Shown here one piece after another: positions 49,600 through 63,704 of a DNA stretch of 64,000 nt; within the stretch, counting starts at the first letter, position 1; every line of letters begins with the position of its first letter. Source of the DNA: Felis catus (taxonomy: Eukaryota); contig NC_058383.1 of NCBI RefSeq assembly GCF_018350175.1, positions 4,340,001-4,404,000 of the forward strand, in the 5' to 3' direction. The translations under genes were made by a program, and so were the position numbers. The notes beneath the pieces are model-generated. The model did not search any database. It was not told where the DNA came from and was given only the letters and a program-made list of their open reading frames with translations.

Positions 49600-52500
49600 A
49601 AGGAGATAATTTGGGACGGTGGTAAAATGCACTGACACAGAACTTACCGTCTTCCCTGCTCCGAGTGGCCAGTTCAGGGGCATTAAATACATCCACCACC
49701 ACCATCCGTCCTCTAGAACTTTCCATCTTGTTGATTATTTACAAAAGTTGTTTTTAAATGCTTATTTAGGGGCGCCTGGGTGGCTCGGTCGGTTAAGCGT
49801 CCGACCTCGGCTCAGGTCATGATCTCACAGTTCGTGGGTTCGAGCCCCGCATCGGGCTCTGTGTTGACAGCTCAGAGCCCGGAGCCTGTTTCAGATTCTG
49901 TGTCTCCCTCTCTCTCTGCCCCTCCCCTGTTCATGCTCTGTCTGTGTCTCAAGAATAAATCAAAGCAAAACAAAACAAAACAAAACAAATAAATGCTTAT
50001 TTATTTTTGAGAAAGAGAGAATGTGTGAACAGGGGAGGGGCAGAGAGAGAGAAGGGGACATAGAATCTGAAGCGGGCTCCAGGCTGTCAGCACAGAGCCC
50101 AACGCGGGCCTCGAACCCACGAACCACGAGATCGTGACCTGAGCCGGAGTCTGATACCCAACCGACTGAGCCACCCAGGTGTCTGCAGAACTTTCCATCT
50201 TGTCACATGGAACTCTTGCCCCCGGTTCAACCCCAACGCCCGCCCCTCCCCTGGCCCCCTGGTAAAGTCCATTCTGTGCCAGGGACCTCGGGTCAGTGGA
50301 ATCTCACAGTGTCTGCCCTTCTGTGACCGGCTTATTTCCGCACGGTGTCTGCAAGGCTCATCCACTTGGACCGTGTGCCAGAATCTCCTTCCTTTCTGCG
50401 GCGGAGTATAGCGTCCGTGGGAGGGACGGGCCGCCCCACCGCCGGCCGCCAGCTCGCCTCCGCTCTGGCTCTTGGGAGCGCTGCCACCGGGAACACGGGG
50501 GGAGCCGATCTCTCTCCTCGTCCCCGCTTCCCATTCTGTAGGGTCTTGCTGCGTCCTATGGTCATTCCAGTCTAGTGGGCTTTTTTCCTTTGAGCAGCTC
50601 CATACGGTTTCCCCGCAGCGGCTGCACCATCTTACATTCCCGACGGCAGTGCGCCAGGGCCGTATTTTACTTTTTTTGCACACACGGGATCGAGTGCCCC
50701 CAGGGCCCCTTCCCTTCAGGGGTCTCCTGACAAACGTGCGGTTTCCTTACCTGCACAGGCCGACCTCGCTCTGGCTTCTCCACGACCCACCTGACCCACC
50801 TCGTCTGCCGCTCGCGGACATTCACATCTGTCCCCCTTGTCCTGAGCGGCACACGCTGCTGAATGGAACGACAATAGTAGGCAGGAGTCCCTTTTTTTTG
50901 TTGGTTTGCTTGTTTGATTAGAGAGAGAGAAAGAGAGGGAGAGAGCCAGCTGGGGAGGGGCGGAGAGAGAGGGGGGGACAGAGGATCCAAAGCAGGCTTC
51001 GAGCTGACAGCAGCGAGCCCCACGTAGGGCTTGAACTCATGAACCATGAGATCACGACCCGAGCCAAAGTCGGACACTCAACTGATTGAGCCACCCAGGC
51101 GCCCAGGCAGGAGACTCTGGGGTCACTTGACATTTTGATAGATGTGGCCAGATGGCCTCCCCGCAGCCCCGCCCCACCTGTGGGTGAGTGTATCTTCCCC
51201 GACCTCGACGGAATCGCCCTCGAAGCTTCTTGCCAGGCTGAAGCCTGGGTCTCACGGAGGCAGGAAGTACAAACGTCACCCCGTGTGGGTTAGGGGGTTC
51301 GTCTCCGCTAACGGGGAGCACCCAGGCTCGGCGGGGCCCCTCCACCTCATCTTCCTGCCCACCGCCTTCCTTCTTCCCACAGCACCACTGGCAGATTTGG
51401 GGGGTGTAAATAAAAGCCTCCACAACTCTCAGGGCCCCAGATAGAGTCTCCCCCAAGAGCTGGTCCCTGGTCCCCACAGCGGCAGGTGGTGGCCCGGGCT
51501 GTGGTCGGCTGCTCTCCACCTGGCCCGAAGGCCTCCCCGCCGGGCTCCCGTCCGCAGACCCGGGCAGCCCGTCCGGGCGGCTTTCTCCTCCTTCGCTCCT
51601 CTGCCCTGCACAGCCTAGGCCTCCCCAAGCTCTCATGTCTGTCTCCTTGACTCAGGGAGGCCACAGTCTCTGCCCGGCTTCCGGGTCCCCTGCTGCGGCC
51701 CCGAGGCTCTCCTGGAAGGTGTCGGGGAAATCACGGAGTCCCCTCCTCCCGGGATCACTGACTTTGCTCCTGTTGTCCAGCATCTGAAGGGCACTGTCCA
51801 GGGAGAGGTAAGCCCCGCCCATCATCCTTGTTCCTCCATTATGACCAGAAGTGGCGCTTCTGCACCCCAGCCCGCCCCCCTTTCCTAAAACAGCATCACG
51901 GAGAGATGACTCACGCACCATATAGTTCGCCCACTTAAAGGGTACAACTCAGTGCTTTTGTACCTCACGGATACATGCAGCCGTCACCACGGTCAATTTT
52001 AGAACATCTCATCATCTCAGCAAGAAAGACTGGCGTCTTTTAGCCGCCATCCCCTACCCCTCCAGGGCCCCTTCAGCCCTAAGCAACCACTCATCTACTT
52101 TTTGAATCTTTGGGCTGGCTGACTCTGGTGGACATCTCACATAAATGGGATCGAACAATCCGTGGCCGCTTGTGTCTCGCTTCTTTCGCTGAGCACCATG
52201 TTTTCAGCCACGTTGTAACACGGGTCAGCCCCTTCTTCCCTTTCTATGACCAAATAACATTGCGTTGTACGGATAGAGTCCTTTTTATCTCTTCATCAGA
52301 TGATGGACCTTTGGGCTGTTTCCAGTTTTGGGCTACTATGGATAATGCTAAATTGTCACCGTATTAGCAAACATTCTAGGGGAGCATCTCTGTACCCTGA
52401 AAACCCCCACTCGGTATCTGGGCCATCAGGACACCTGTAAAATTAGAGCCTGTTGTAGCTGGGAGGGCCATTCGGGTTACCCCTTTCCTTTTACAGATGG

Positions 52501-52891
52501 GGAAACTGAGGCTAGGAGGTGACTTACCCACCATGACACAGGTGGGAAAACCACTTGGCCACATTTTCCGATTCCAAAAACAATTAAGCTGACATTTATG
52601 TGGCTTCTGTATGTCAGACTGTGTCCTCACATGCAATAGCTCACTGAACGTCCCACAAACCCCCTTCTGAGGTGGGTATTAAAAAAATTTTTTTTTAATG
52701 TTTGAGAGAGAGAGAGAGAGAGGCAGAGCGTGAGCAGGGGAGGAGTGGAGAGAGAAGGAGACAGAATCCGAAGCAGGCTCCAGGCTCTGAGCTGTCAGCA
52801 CAGAGCCCAACAAGGGGCTCAAACTCACGAACATTGAGACCGTGACCTGAGCTGAAGTTGGACGCCTCACTGACTGAGCCATCCAGGTGCC
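49600..52891. mobile_element. Antisense old L1M fragments (about 49600-49730, 50180-50660, 51890-52350) with SINEs at + 49768-49990, - 49995-50181, - 50915-51103, - 52685-52891
   Basis: L1 reverse motifs (GCGGCTGCACCATCTTACATTCCC, GATGGACCTTTGGGCTGTTTCCAGTTTTGGGCTA) and SINEC bodies. Confidence 0.8.
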
Positions 52892-55800
52892 TCATGAGGT
52901 GGGTATTTATAGCCTCGTTTCAGATTTCTTCTCTCAACAATGATTTCCTGAGCAGCCTGGACCCAGAACCAGTGCGGGAGACGCACCGAATATTTTCCAT
53001 GGCAGGAACCGTGGAGAATATTCCATGGTAGGGACCGAGTCTGAGATGGCCAGTGTCGCGTGAAAAGAGAGCCCACGGAGGACCGGGCCTCGGCTCAGAG
53101 CCGGGAAATGGCGGAGCTGGGCAGGAACGTTTTTTGGCAACATCCAGCCTCCAGGACGTCCTAGGCTTCCTCTTTGGCCTGGTTCCCCATCAGAGGGGAG
53201 GGACGGGAGATGTGTGTGTGGGAGGCATCAGAGTCCCCAGAGGTCTGAGGCTAGGCCGGTTAGGACAGCCGTGTGGGTGGGGAGCCATGTGGGTCATCCG
53301 CTCTGTGCCCCCGTCCAGGCCTGCCCAGGGCCCCAGCGGGGGCCCTCGAAACCCAACAGGGCCTGGGGCCAGGCTGGATCTGATCCTGGGGGTGGGTTCT
53401 GGGGTGCCTGGGACAGGGGGCCGCCACCAGCGGGTCGCAGAGACGTGTGCCGCCTGCAGAGTGTCCTTCCTTTGAGCTCTGGGCACGTGTTCATCTTCTG
53501 GACGCGGTGGCCCTCAGGACTCATGTGTCTCTCCACGTGAGCTGCTGGAAAGGTGAAGTTGCCTTTAAGGACCCGGCCGGGCCGCCTGGTGGAGACGCGT
53601 TTCGGGAGCCCTAGTTCCCGGCTGTGTTTATTTTAACACTGTAGCTTTGCCTCTGCTCCAGTTTGTTTTTTCTGCTTGTTTTATATCATGTGTTATCTTT
53701 TTGGTAAGTGGCCTCAATCTCGATAGAAATGAGAAGAGACAGCGAGAGAGAGAACCAGACGTGGGACAGAGAAAGGAAAGAGAGACTACGAGCTGCCTAA
53801 AGGTGGCTGCGGCCATCGTCTCCCTGAAGTGACATCCTGGACACAGGTGCACAGCCCCCCTCTCCCAGGCCGTGCACGCCACTTGTCCGGGACTTGGTTC
53901 AGGGCAAGCTGGGAGCGGCAGTTTGTGGTCCCATCTCCGCTCCCTCACCGGGGTGGCTGGGTTTGACCCCTTGACGGGCTGGCAGGGTCCTCCCCTGGCC
54001 TCTCGGAGGTCAGTGCCCTGCTGGAGGGAGGCTCGGGCTACGAGGGGTGAGGCCGGCGGGGGCTGTGGTCTCAGCTGAAGCCCAGCAGGGAGCAGAGCTG
54101 CCTGGCTGAGCCCTCCACCCGCAGCGCTGTCAGAATCAGCACCTCGGGGGTGTTCCCAGCCGCCACGGTGGCCTGTGGTTTTCCGCGACGGTAGATGAGA
54201 GGCCGGAGAAGCAGGGGCCAGCTGCAACCAGCACCCAGAGGAACCGGAGGGCCAGAGAGAAGGCTCCGAGGAAGGTCTGAGAACGCCCGCGGGTGCACCA
54301 GCCGTCCCGGGCTGGCAGACACCAGCCCCGCGGTCTCCTCCTGCTTCCCTGGCCTCCGCTCTGTCTGTCCGGAAATCCCGGCGCCCTTGGCGCCCTGGTC
54401 TGGCCTGCCGTCATCCCCAGGCCTTCAGGACTGGGTCTGAGGTCGGATGCGCCGTCTGGGCTGAGGACGTGCCCCCCCCACTGCGCCCCACTGCGCCCCG
54501 CGCGCCCCGGCCCCTGCTCCCTCAGCTGCTGTTCCGGCGCCTCCTCACTCCACAAGTCCCCACTGGCGTCAGGTCCCCCTGGACTCTCCTGAGCCCCCCG
54601 GCACGTGCTCCCACCTGGAAGGAAGCAGCCTCCCTCACAACCCTCCTCCCCCGGGACTCCGCCAAGGCCCTGCGGTGATTCCCAACACTGAGCGGTTGAT
54701 CGAAAAGGCAGATTCCCCGGGAACCCCCAGAATCACGGGCCCCGCAGCCTGCATGTGGACAAGCCAGGAGGACAAGGAGCTAGGCTGTGGCTCCAGTCTC
54801 GGATCCTGCCACCATGATGCCTGCCCCATGCCTGGGCCACCCCCGCTGCGTCCCCCTGTCCCCACCTGCCTGGCCTTTTAGGTGCACGTTTCTTGTTGCC
54901 CAGTTGAACGGCAGGCCCAGGCCAGGTGGCCACCGCCCGGGGCACACGTGACACTGCACGGGGCACGCGTGCCTGAGATTCCTGCGTGGGGCTTGGGGCA
55001 GCCTCACACGCACCACGGCCGAGGGCAGGTGGGGGGGGTGGGACCTGCGGAGGGGTGAGGGGCAGCGGGAAGGGGGCCGGACGACAGCTCTCTTCAGGAT
55101 GAGAGCCTCCAAGCTCTTTTCCCACCTCACGCAATCATCTCAGCCTGATGAAGAGGTGCCGTCATTATCCCCCCCTCAGCGGTAGGCTTAAGTGACCTGC
55201 TCGGTTCACGGGGTGCCGCCCAGCACCTGCACATCCTACTGGACAGCCTGGGGCCTGTGTACCATCCCCCACTTGGGAAGAGGCAGGCCCAGGTGATCCT
55301 GGTGACAGCAGATGCTGTGGAGGGCCAAGCCGAGCCAAGGTGGTGGTGAGTTCTGGGCTGTCTTCACCAAGATGTGCTGATGAAAGGAGAGGAAGCAAGA
55401 AGGGCAACCGCTTTCAACGAAATCCTGACCGAGGGAGAAGACACACAGATGGGGCTTTAGGTGAGCGCCACATCCCCCCAGGGGTCATGAAAAGACACAA
55501 CAGCAGGCCGGACAGGCGCAGCTGTGCACCAGCTTGCAGAAACATGATCACAAGAAGTCCAAAGGGAAGGCTAACGAGCCTGCGGCAAAAGGTTCTAGAA
55601 GCAGCAGCTAAAAATCGTCTTTGGGAAGCTCATACCCGGCTAATGTTCGTGGTGGGTCGCCAACTTGTGGTTGACCGGTCCTGGGAGACATTATATACAT
55701 CACAGGGCGAAACCACCCCAGAAGGAAATGCATCACAATATCCCCAGTGGTCACCTTTGGGTCACAAAGCATGTTTGTCTTCGTCTTCACAGTTTTCTGT

Positions 55801-56329
55801 GTTTTCAAGTTCTTTTCTATCTCGAAACGTCTGTAATTGGCAAATGTGTATACATCTCTATCACTTCAAGGATGGAAAAGAAAGTTTGGACCTCACAGTT
55901 ACAAATGCTTCTAACCTAAATAAAAAGCAGTCCGCTTTGCAGAAAGAGGTGTGCATTCAAGGGGTGCCTCCCTGAGGTCAGATTCCAGGAGAGGGTTCAG
56001 GGACCCTGGTGACCAAGGTGTGTCAATGAAGGATGAGGACACCGTCCGGGACTGGTGGGTGGGGGCTGCTCGGTCAAGGAACCTGGAGAGCAATCTAGCA
56101 AAAGCCACGGCAATACACACACCATCTTACCTTTTCGTTCACAAGGCTACTCCTGGAAAGAGGAGCCACTGAAACATCAAACCTCAGTGAGGTGTTCGGT
56201 GGTGGCAGGAAGTTGGAAGTCCCAGAATTTTCCATCAGGGCGGTACAAAGACCCAGTTAGACCTGGAGGGCACTCCATGGTTAGAAAAGGAGAAAATCAA
56301 GTCCTGTGAAAGGTATGGAATCACTGAAA

Positions 56330-57244
56330 AAATTTTTTTTTTTTTTTTTTACAGAGCCCAACGTGGACTTAACCCTGAGATCAAGAGCTGAGCTGACATC
56401 GAGTCAGACACCCAACCAAGCCATCCAGGCGGCCCATTTAAAAAAAAAAAAAATTAAGTAGGCTCCATGCCCAACGTGGGGCTCAGACTCACGGCCTTGA
56501 GATCAAGAGTCATGTGCTCTACTGACTGAGCCAGCCGGCTGTCCCTTGGGATCAATTTTGTTAACAACCAGGGCGGCAGAGCAAGTGGGTGTGGGAGTGG
56601 AATGTGCTGGCAGGAGTGTGGGGAGGAGCAAGAGGACCCTGGTGACGAGGGTGGAGGGTGGAAAAGGTGGCAGAAGACGGGAGAATGGCCATTACCCCTT
56701 TCCTTACTGGGGGTGTGGGACAGTTTGTGACTAGGGTGTGGCTGCCAAGTACGAACAATACTGAAAGTGTACTGGCATGATGAATGATGACAGGGTGGCA
56801 TGCACTTATTTAGAAGCTGGGAATGCAGGTAACTTTTGTCTTGGGTTGATTTCAGTGTACTTTTTTCAGAGATGCAAAACAAAACAAAACAAAACAACAA
56901 ACAAAACCAAAAAAACAACCCCAGAAGTATCACTCAGTAAAGTTGCAAACGGCAGACAGGACCGACCAGATCATGACCTCAGCCGAAACCGAGTTGGACG
57001 CTGAAACGACTGAGCCACCCAGGCGCCCCTAGCCCATGTTTCATTAAAATAATTGTTTTTGATGTTTGTCTTGAGACAGAGTGCAAGTGGGGGAGGGACA
57101 GAGAGGAAGACACAGAATCCAAAGCAGGCTCCAGGCTTTGAGCCGTCAGCACAGAGTGCGACGCGGGGCTTGAACTCAACGACCACTAGATCATGACCTG
57201 AGCTGAAGTCAGATGCTTAACTGACTGTGCCAACCAGGTGCCCC
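56330..57244 (-). mobile_element. Antisense SINE fragments (about 56330-56435, 56440-56545, 56968-57029, 57050-57244)
   Basis: Reverse-complement SINEC segments. Confidence 0.8.
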
Positions 57245-57899
57245 AGAGCTCACATTTTATTAAATCGCTGAGCACGGTTTGAGCCCGTGTGTGCTGAGGT
57301 CTGCTGGCCTGGCACGTGGTGGGTGCAGGGGGGGCGGTGCTAGGACAGGCACGTGGCTGCAGAGGGCTTGTGGGGGAGGTGGCCCCTGGCAACCAGCTTC
57401 CCTGCCTCGATGTTCTGTCTCATAACGTCGTGTCCCAGTGCTGGAGGACGAGCTTCCTCCCACCTCACCCAACCTTCGCCTGGTCTCACTTGTGCAGGTG
57501 GCTCTCCAGGTCAGTGGGTGGCTTGTCGCCCAGGCCTGGAAGAGGGGCTGAGCATGTCTTCTGGAAGGGGATTCTGGGCCAAGAAACCAACCAACCAACC
57601 AACCAACCAACCCCTTTGTGCCCAACTGGGCCTCCACAGCCACTCAAGCAAGGTTAGCATGAGACATCACCCATTGCCTTCTGGGGAGGGGCGGGGGGGC
57701 AGGAAGTGGTCCTTCCCCACGTGGGGCCGGGGCCTGGGGCTCGCTACTCTGGGCTCACACCCTGCGGATCTGCAGCGGCAGCTGGAGGTCAGCTCCCAAG
57801 GGGCGGGGAGCCGTGTCACCCTAGACTCGGACACTCCCCAGGACCCTGCCACCCGCCCACGCAGCCCCTGTGATTTCACCACGCGAACGGACAAAACCA

Positions 57900-60487
57900 G
57901 AGGGGACATAATGCACAAACATTTATTTACAAAAAGTCGAAGTTACATATGGTACAAGCTTTTTACACACAGTAGTTTAAACAGAATTCTTTTTATGTGT
58001 TTTTACTACCGGAAGGTAAAGAAAAGAATTTAATAAACTAATCATTTTTGCTATTTTTATACAAAGTGACAGGTCATGCACATTTTTTTTTTTAAAGTTT
58101 TAAAATCTTTTGCTAAGTGCAAATACTAGATTCCTCTCTCCAGTTTAAGGCAAGTAGAACGGGACTGTCGCCGGGCAGTCTCTCGTCTGGGGGAGCAAAC
58201 ACTGTGGCCCAGAGAGGGGAGGTGTCAGGCTGCCTCTGGGATTCCTGCCTGTCCCCGAGACCGGCTGATCTCTGGGGGTTTCCTGTCATCACACCTTGCA
58301 GCCACTTGCCGCCCGGTCAGAAGGGCCTGCTTTCCCCCAAACCATCACTAGTGCAGACTGCTTCTCAAGAAACCTGGGGTCCTCTGGGACACAGGCACCT
58401 AGAGGGACACTTCGCGGACAGGTGGGGACTCACGCTAGTGTCAGAACTTGTGGCAATGACCTTCCCCCAAACAGCAATCGGGCTCCTGCAGACAGGTGAG
58501 CCACTCCACAGTCCAGCTCGAGGAGAAACGTTAGAAACCAGGCACCCTCAGTTCAGAACAGCAGGAATGGATCCCTAACAGCTGCATATGGTGACAAACA
58601 GCCAAGAATTCATCTCAAAGCAACGTCCTGCTTGGCCTTGGGAGGAACCAGTTATTCTGGTCTCTCCCCCTCTGTGCCAGCACCTCCCATGCCAGGTTCT
58701 GGTGGACTTGCTGGATGGTGGTGTCAGGGGCAGGCCACCCACCCGGAGCCCCCTTCCCTGGGCTAGAGGGCACAGGGGGGCTGGCTCATTCCCTCCTTGG
58801 ATGAATTGGCTCAGGGGGCCTAGAACATTCTGGTGTGTCCTGGGATCACCCTCCCCATTTGGTGTGATGTCTGCTAGAAGCTCACTGCTCTGAGACCCTC
58901 CCTTGGGGATGCACAGAGAACATGTTTTTAAGGTACTTCAATCCTGTCACCTGTCACCCTTGGCGCAGCTCTCTCTCCCAAGGCACGGTCGTTCAGGCTA
59001 CCAGCAAGGCAGATGCAGCCTGACAGGGGCTCCCAGCGGCGGCGCAGACCTCTCCTCGTGCGCAGCCCTCACCTGGAGGAAGCGCAGGAGGAAGAATGGG
59101 CAACTTAGCAGATTTCTCCCCAATTTAACCCTTGAAATACAGGAGACAGTGATGGCGGTAGATGACCCTGGGGCACGGCCTGCACGGAGATGGGGGACCG
59201 GCCATTAGGCTCACCCTGCTGAGGTCTGTGCACACACGCCGGGAACCCCAAAGCCACCAGAGATATAGTGACGGCGACAGAGACCAACACTGGGGAGCCA
59301 GGCAGGGCCGCCCCCCACAGGGGCCTGTCTCTGCACGCGGGCGGGGTGGGAAGTGGCGCCCAGCGGTGAACAGGCAGGGCCCCCACGCTGGATTCCGCTG
59401 GCCTCAGGCGGAGGCAGCTCCGAGGATGGGTGCCGGTGTAGCCTGGGTCGTCTGTCCCCCTGCTGAAACCCACTGCCGCCACCAGACCTCAGGGAGAAGG
59501 TGCTCACTGCCGGGCTGGTGGAAAAGGAGGCTTCCTGACAGCTGGGCTGCCCGGGAGGGCCACCAAACCTGTCAGGGCTGCTTCATAAAGATGTTCTGTC
59601 TGGCGAGCGTCAGGACCGTCCCGCCCTCACCGGCCGCCTGGTGTGGGTGACTGACTGGACTCTCCAGAGACTGAGCGAGAGAAACTCTAGTAGGCCACAG
59701 AAAACCCAGTAAGTTCAAAGCGAGTAAATGGCAAATATTTTAAACTACAAAACAGAACAGACAGCACGAGACAGCTCTCTGTGGTCTCAACTGAGTGGTC
59801 CAAGGAGAAAGACCCCTGAACAGTCACGGTGGTGGTGGCCTGGGGTTCTGGATTCGGGGGGACACGGCCCACAGCCTCCCCACCCTGAGCGGTGCTCCCA
59901 GGCCCAGGGACTCTGATGGCTCTGCCCCCACTTGATGGGACCAAGTGGCTTGGAGCAGCAGGGCGTACCTCTCTCTGGGTGGGCTGTGGTATTGGGGTGG
60001 GGGGTGACGGTGGGGAGGGAGAAGAGAGCCTGGCTTCCGGGACGTGGTCCAGGTGGCCTGGCTCTCTCCAAACTGTAGGAGTTGCTGCGTCAGTTTTACG
60101 ACGCTTCAGGCTGCACTGTGGTCAGGAAGGCCTACGTGGTTAGGGGAGACACTCCGTAGTCGGCTGGGGGAGGGGCAGAGGCAGACACCACCTTGGCCCC
60201 GGCAGGGCCAGGACTAACCGCAGAGATGGGCCGCCTGGTGGGGAGGGTCCCTGCACTGGCCACTGGCACGGTGGGACACTCTGGGGAGGTTTCACTGCCC
60301 CCTTCTCTTTGGCCCCGTAAGTGCCAGGCTGGTCCTGTTACAGGTGCCCGGGGGCAGTGGCCCTTCCCAGGAAGGAGCAGGAAAAAACCCGGCCCATCTT
60401 TCCGAGAGCCCGGTCCATCATGCCTATTTGACAGGCACGGCCCCGGGAGTGCGGCGGGCTCCCCGGACGAGACAAGGCCGCGGGCGG
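57900..60487 (-). other. RNF216: RNF216 3' UTR (about 2.6 kb)
   Basis: Runs from the TGA stop to the distal AATAAA; SINE-free; 3' end approximate. Confidence 0.75.
57922..57927 (-). terminator. RNF216: RNF216 polyadenylation signal AATAAA (minus strand)
   Basis: TTTATT on +, at the end of an AU-rich block (57920-58120); overlaps a Pumilio element TGTAAATA. Confidence 0.8.
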
Positions 60488-60889
<402 letters not shown>

Positions 60890-61449
60890 TCAACCTCCAT
60901 CCTGCCTGCCCCAAGCGGGAGGCTGAGGGCCTCGAGAACGAGGCGAGGCCAGGAATAGCTGACCTTCAGCGTCATTCTTACCGTGGACACGGGAGGGTGG
61001 CCAGGCCACAGTAAGGCCGATTAACGTGTACATCCACCTCCCGCCCCTGCTGTCTGAGCGAGTGTTGATTCGGTGATCACTCTGGAAGGTGGAGGATCGA
61101 CTGAGCTCAGAACAAGTGGAGCTTCTGTGAGCGCCTTTCCTTCGGAGCTAGGGCCTGGACGGCCACTCCCAGAAACTCCCTTTCTCTCCTTTGTGACCTC
61201 AGAGAGGCCAGGGTGGGCCTACCGTCTTTTTGGTCTGGCGTGGGTTCCTTCTGTCTGCCTCCTAAGCCCAAACCCACCCTTGGCACCCCCTGATCGAGGG
61301 CATGCGGGAACCCTCCTACGGTCCCGCAAGCAGCTGGGGGCCCGGGCAGAGCGTGGCCGCGGCCACCCGAGGGCCAGCTGTGGAGGTCCCCCCGCCCCTG
61401 TGCACACGGACCGGGCCTGGCGTGGGGCCCGTGCTGGGGGAGCGCTTGC

Positions 61450-61519
61450 CTCCGTTCTTTCTCTTCTGCTCTTCTTCAGCCTCCTTCTGGATCTCCTCAA
61501 TTAGCTTCTCATCGTCTTC
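61450..61519 (-). CDS. RNF216: RNF216 penultimate coding exon, 70 nt
   Basis: ttcttctag|GAA GAC GAT..; EDDEKLIEEIQKEAEEEQKRKNG plus G; donor GAG|GCAAGC; joins the last exon in frame. Confidence 0.96.
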
Positions 61520-62658
61520 CTAGAAGAATAACAAGAGGGTGAGCTTGCTCCCAATCGGCTCCTTGCAGCAGCACAGAGACCCCGCTGGGATCCGGGGGAG
61601 GCCAGCTCACGGTGAGTCAGCACCACTCACTGCCACACCCCAAGGGTCTCCTTGCTCCATCAGTGGGTGCTGCCGCCACCACGGGGAAGCCCACCTGGAA
61701 GGTCTAGGGCGGGGCCGAGAGCCGCTTTTTTGTTCAGTCACCTGTAAGGCAAGCAGACGAAGGACTCTCCGCAGCTCGGAGGCGGGCGGACCGATAACCC
61801 AAGGGCTTGGGAAGGGGGCGAGCGTGGGTGGGCCGGGCTCGAGGAGTTTCAGATCCGGTCTATGAACTCCGAGCGCGGCGGCCCTTCTGTACAGAGCCTG
61901 ACAGTCTTGCCGATTCCCTGACCGCAGGTGGACGAATCCTCGGGCCGGCAGAGCCCTGAAGCTGGCGGGCTGCAGAGGCCGGACTGCTTGCCGCCAGTGG
62001 AACGGTGGCTGGGGGTGGGGCTTGCACGTGGGAGGAAGGGCACAGCAGTTTTTGAGCATGATGAACAGAGTGGCGTATCATCAAATGCATGGGTTTGAAC
62101 GGAATGAACTTGGTTCCTAGTGTCTCCCGGCTGCTTCTCCGTGAGTCAGGTACAGTCAAGTTGGGAAGAAGTGTAAGGAGGGCACTGGTGCCCACTATGG
62201 GGGCAGGAAAGCAGAGGAAACCGCAGCACTCGGGAAGCGTTTTCTAGACCAGGCACCGAGCCTCCCCCATGGCCAGGTGTATCCTGGGTTGGAGAGATCT
62301 CGGCGATCGCTTTGGATTTTTCATGCTGATCTGAGGCTCTGACCGACTAAACACCGAGTGTTTACTTAGCACATTCATGTCACAGCCAGGACAGCACTCG
62401 GTGATTTCACCAGCTACGAACCCTCAAAGATTTGAGAGGCGGGAAGATCACTCCATCAGTGTGTACCAGATACCTCCTAGTGTTAGACATCGTTCTTAGT
62501 GCTGAAACTTCTGATCAACAACGAGACTAAAAGTCACACTGCTGAAATGACTAAATAGCTACGTCATATATTCCCTTCAGTAGATAAAACATTTTAGAAC
62601 AGAGTCACAGGAGTCCGTGTGCTCTGTGGGCAATCGTGAGAGGCCCTATTAAACTCAC

Positions 62659-62784
62659 ACTCTCCCACCCTCCGATGCTGAACGGCGGACCGAACTCAAC
62701 GGTCTCGAGATTCTTTCCAATTCTGACATTTGGGGATTTTTAACATACGACCGAATCTTTTTCAGCCTCATCCTGCCAGGTGTT
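62659..62784 (-). other. Candidate cassette (poison) exon in an RNF216 intron
   Basis: Branch-like CTTAAC, long pyrimidine tract, CTCAG acceptor, GTGAGT donor; 126 nt; in-frame TAA at codon 15. Confidence 0.45.
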
Positions 62785-63704
62785 CTGAGCAAAGCAAGAG
62801 AAAGAGGAGAGGTAACAAAGGTTAAGTTCCCATCACGCCCGTCGTCAGAAGCTGCCAGGTGCTCGTGCATATCAGAGAATCGTCCGACCCGGAGGAACCC
62901 TCATGGCATCATGTCCGGCTCCCCGGTAACACCCACCCACACACACACACAAATTCTCCACAAAAACCCCAAGACATGGTCATCTAGGCTCTTTGTGAAC
63001 ACTCCAAAGCAGGGAACTTAGTACGCTACAAACTAACCACTGAGCTAACCCACACAGAGGGCTCCGACAACAGAGTTCAGTGGGCACAGTTTGAAGGTTT
63101 CTGTGTGACTGTAAAAATAAACTCTACCAATTACCTACATTAGGAGCTGACCCACCTCTTAATTTTGGTGCCAGTGCAAGGCCCATGAAAAAAAGATTTT
63201 TAATCTAAGAAAAAAGAAAAAAAAAACAAACAAAAAAACAGAGAGCAAGTGATCCAGAAAACACAAATGGAAGGGCAGCCACCGAGCGGCTGGGAGCAGG
63301 TTCTCGAACATCCGAGTCTCCACACCTCATCTGTAAGGTGGGCTGCTGTAAGGACTGAGTGAGCACCAAGTGTGTAAAGGACTTGGCACAAAGCTCTCAC
63401 TACTAAAGGCAGAGAGGTCATGAAAAATGGCAGAAATAAAGATTTTCAGAAGGATGAAAGGTGTCAAGAGAAAGTGGTAGAGCCTGGGAGATGCCCTCAA
63501 CACTTCTCTCCGTGGTTTCTTTGTGGTGGCTTCTTCGTGGTACAAGTGACAGGCTTCCTGACTGTATTTACTACGACCACTGAGCAAACTGTCAGTTGCA
63601 CCCAGAACAGGGGTCAGATGGTTCAGATTTCAACTTCCTCCAACTGGCTGGGAGTCACAGGACACTGTGTTTAGAAACTAAGAACTAAAATGCATTTCAA
63701 TTAA

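Noticed and set aside
51842..51858. Possible second CTCF motif (GACCAGAAGTGGCGCT)
   Set aside because: Core spacing is one base short of consensus; too weak to call
55340..55975. 211-aa ORF between FSCN1 and RNF216
   Set aside because: Non-ATG start, no recognisable domain, and the 3' part looks like decayed old L1 sequence
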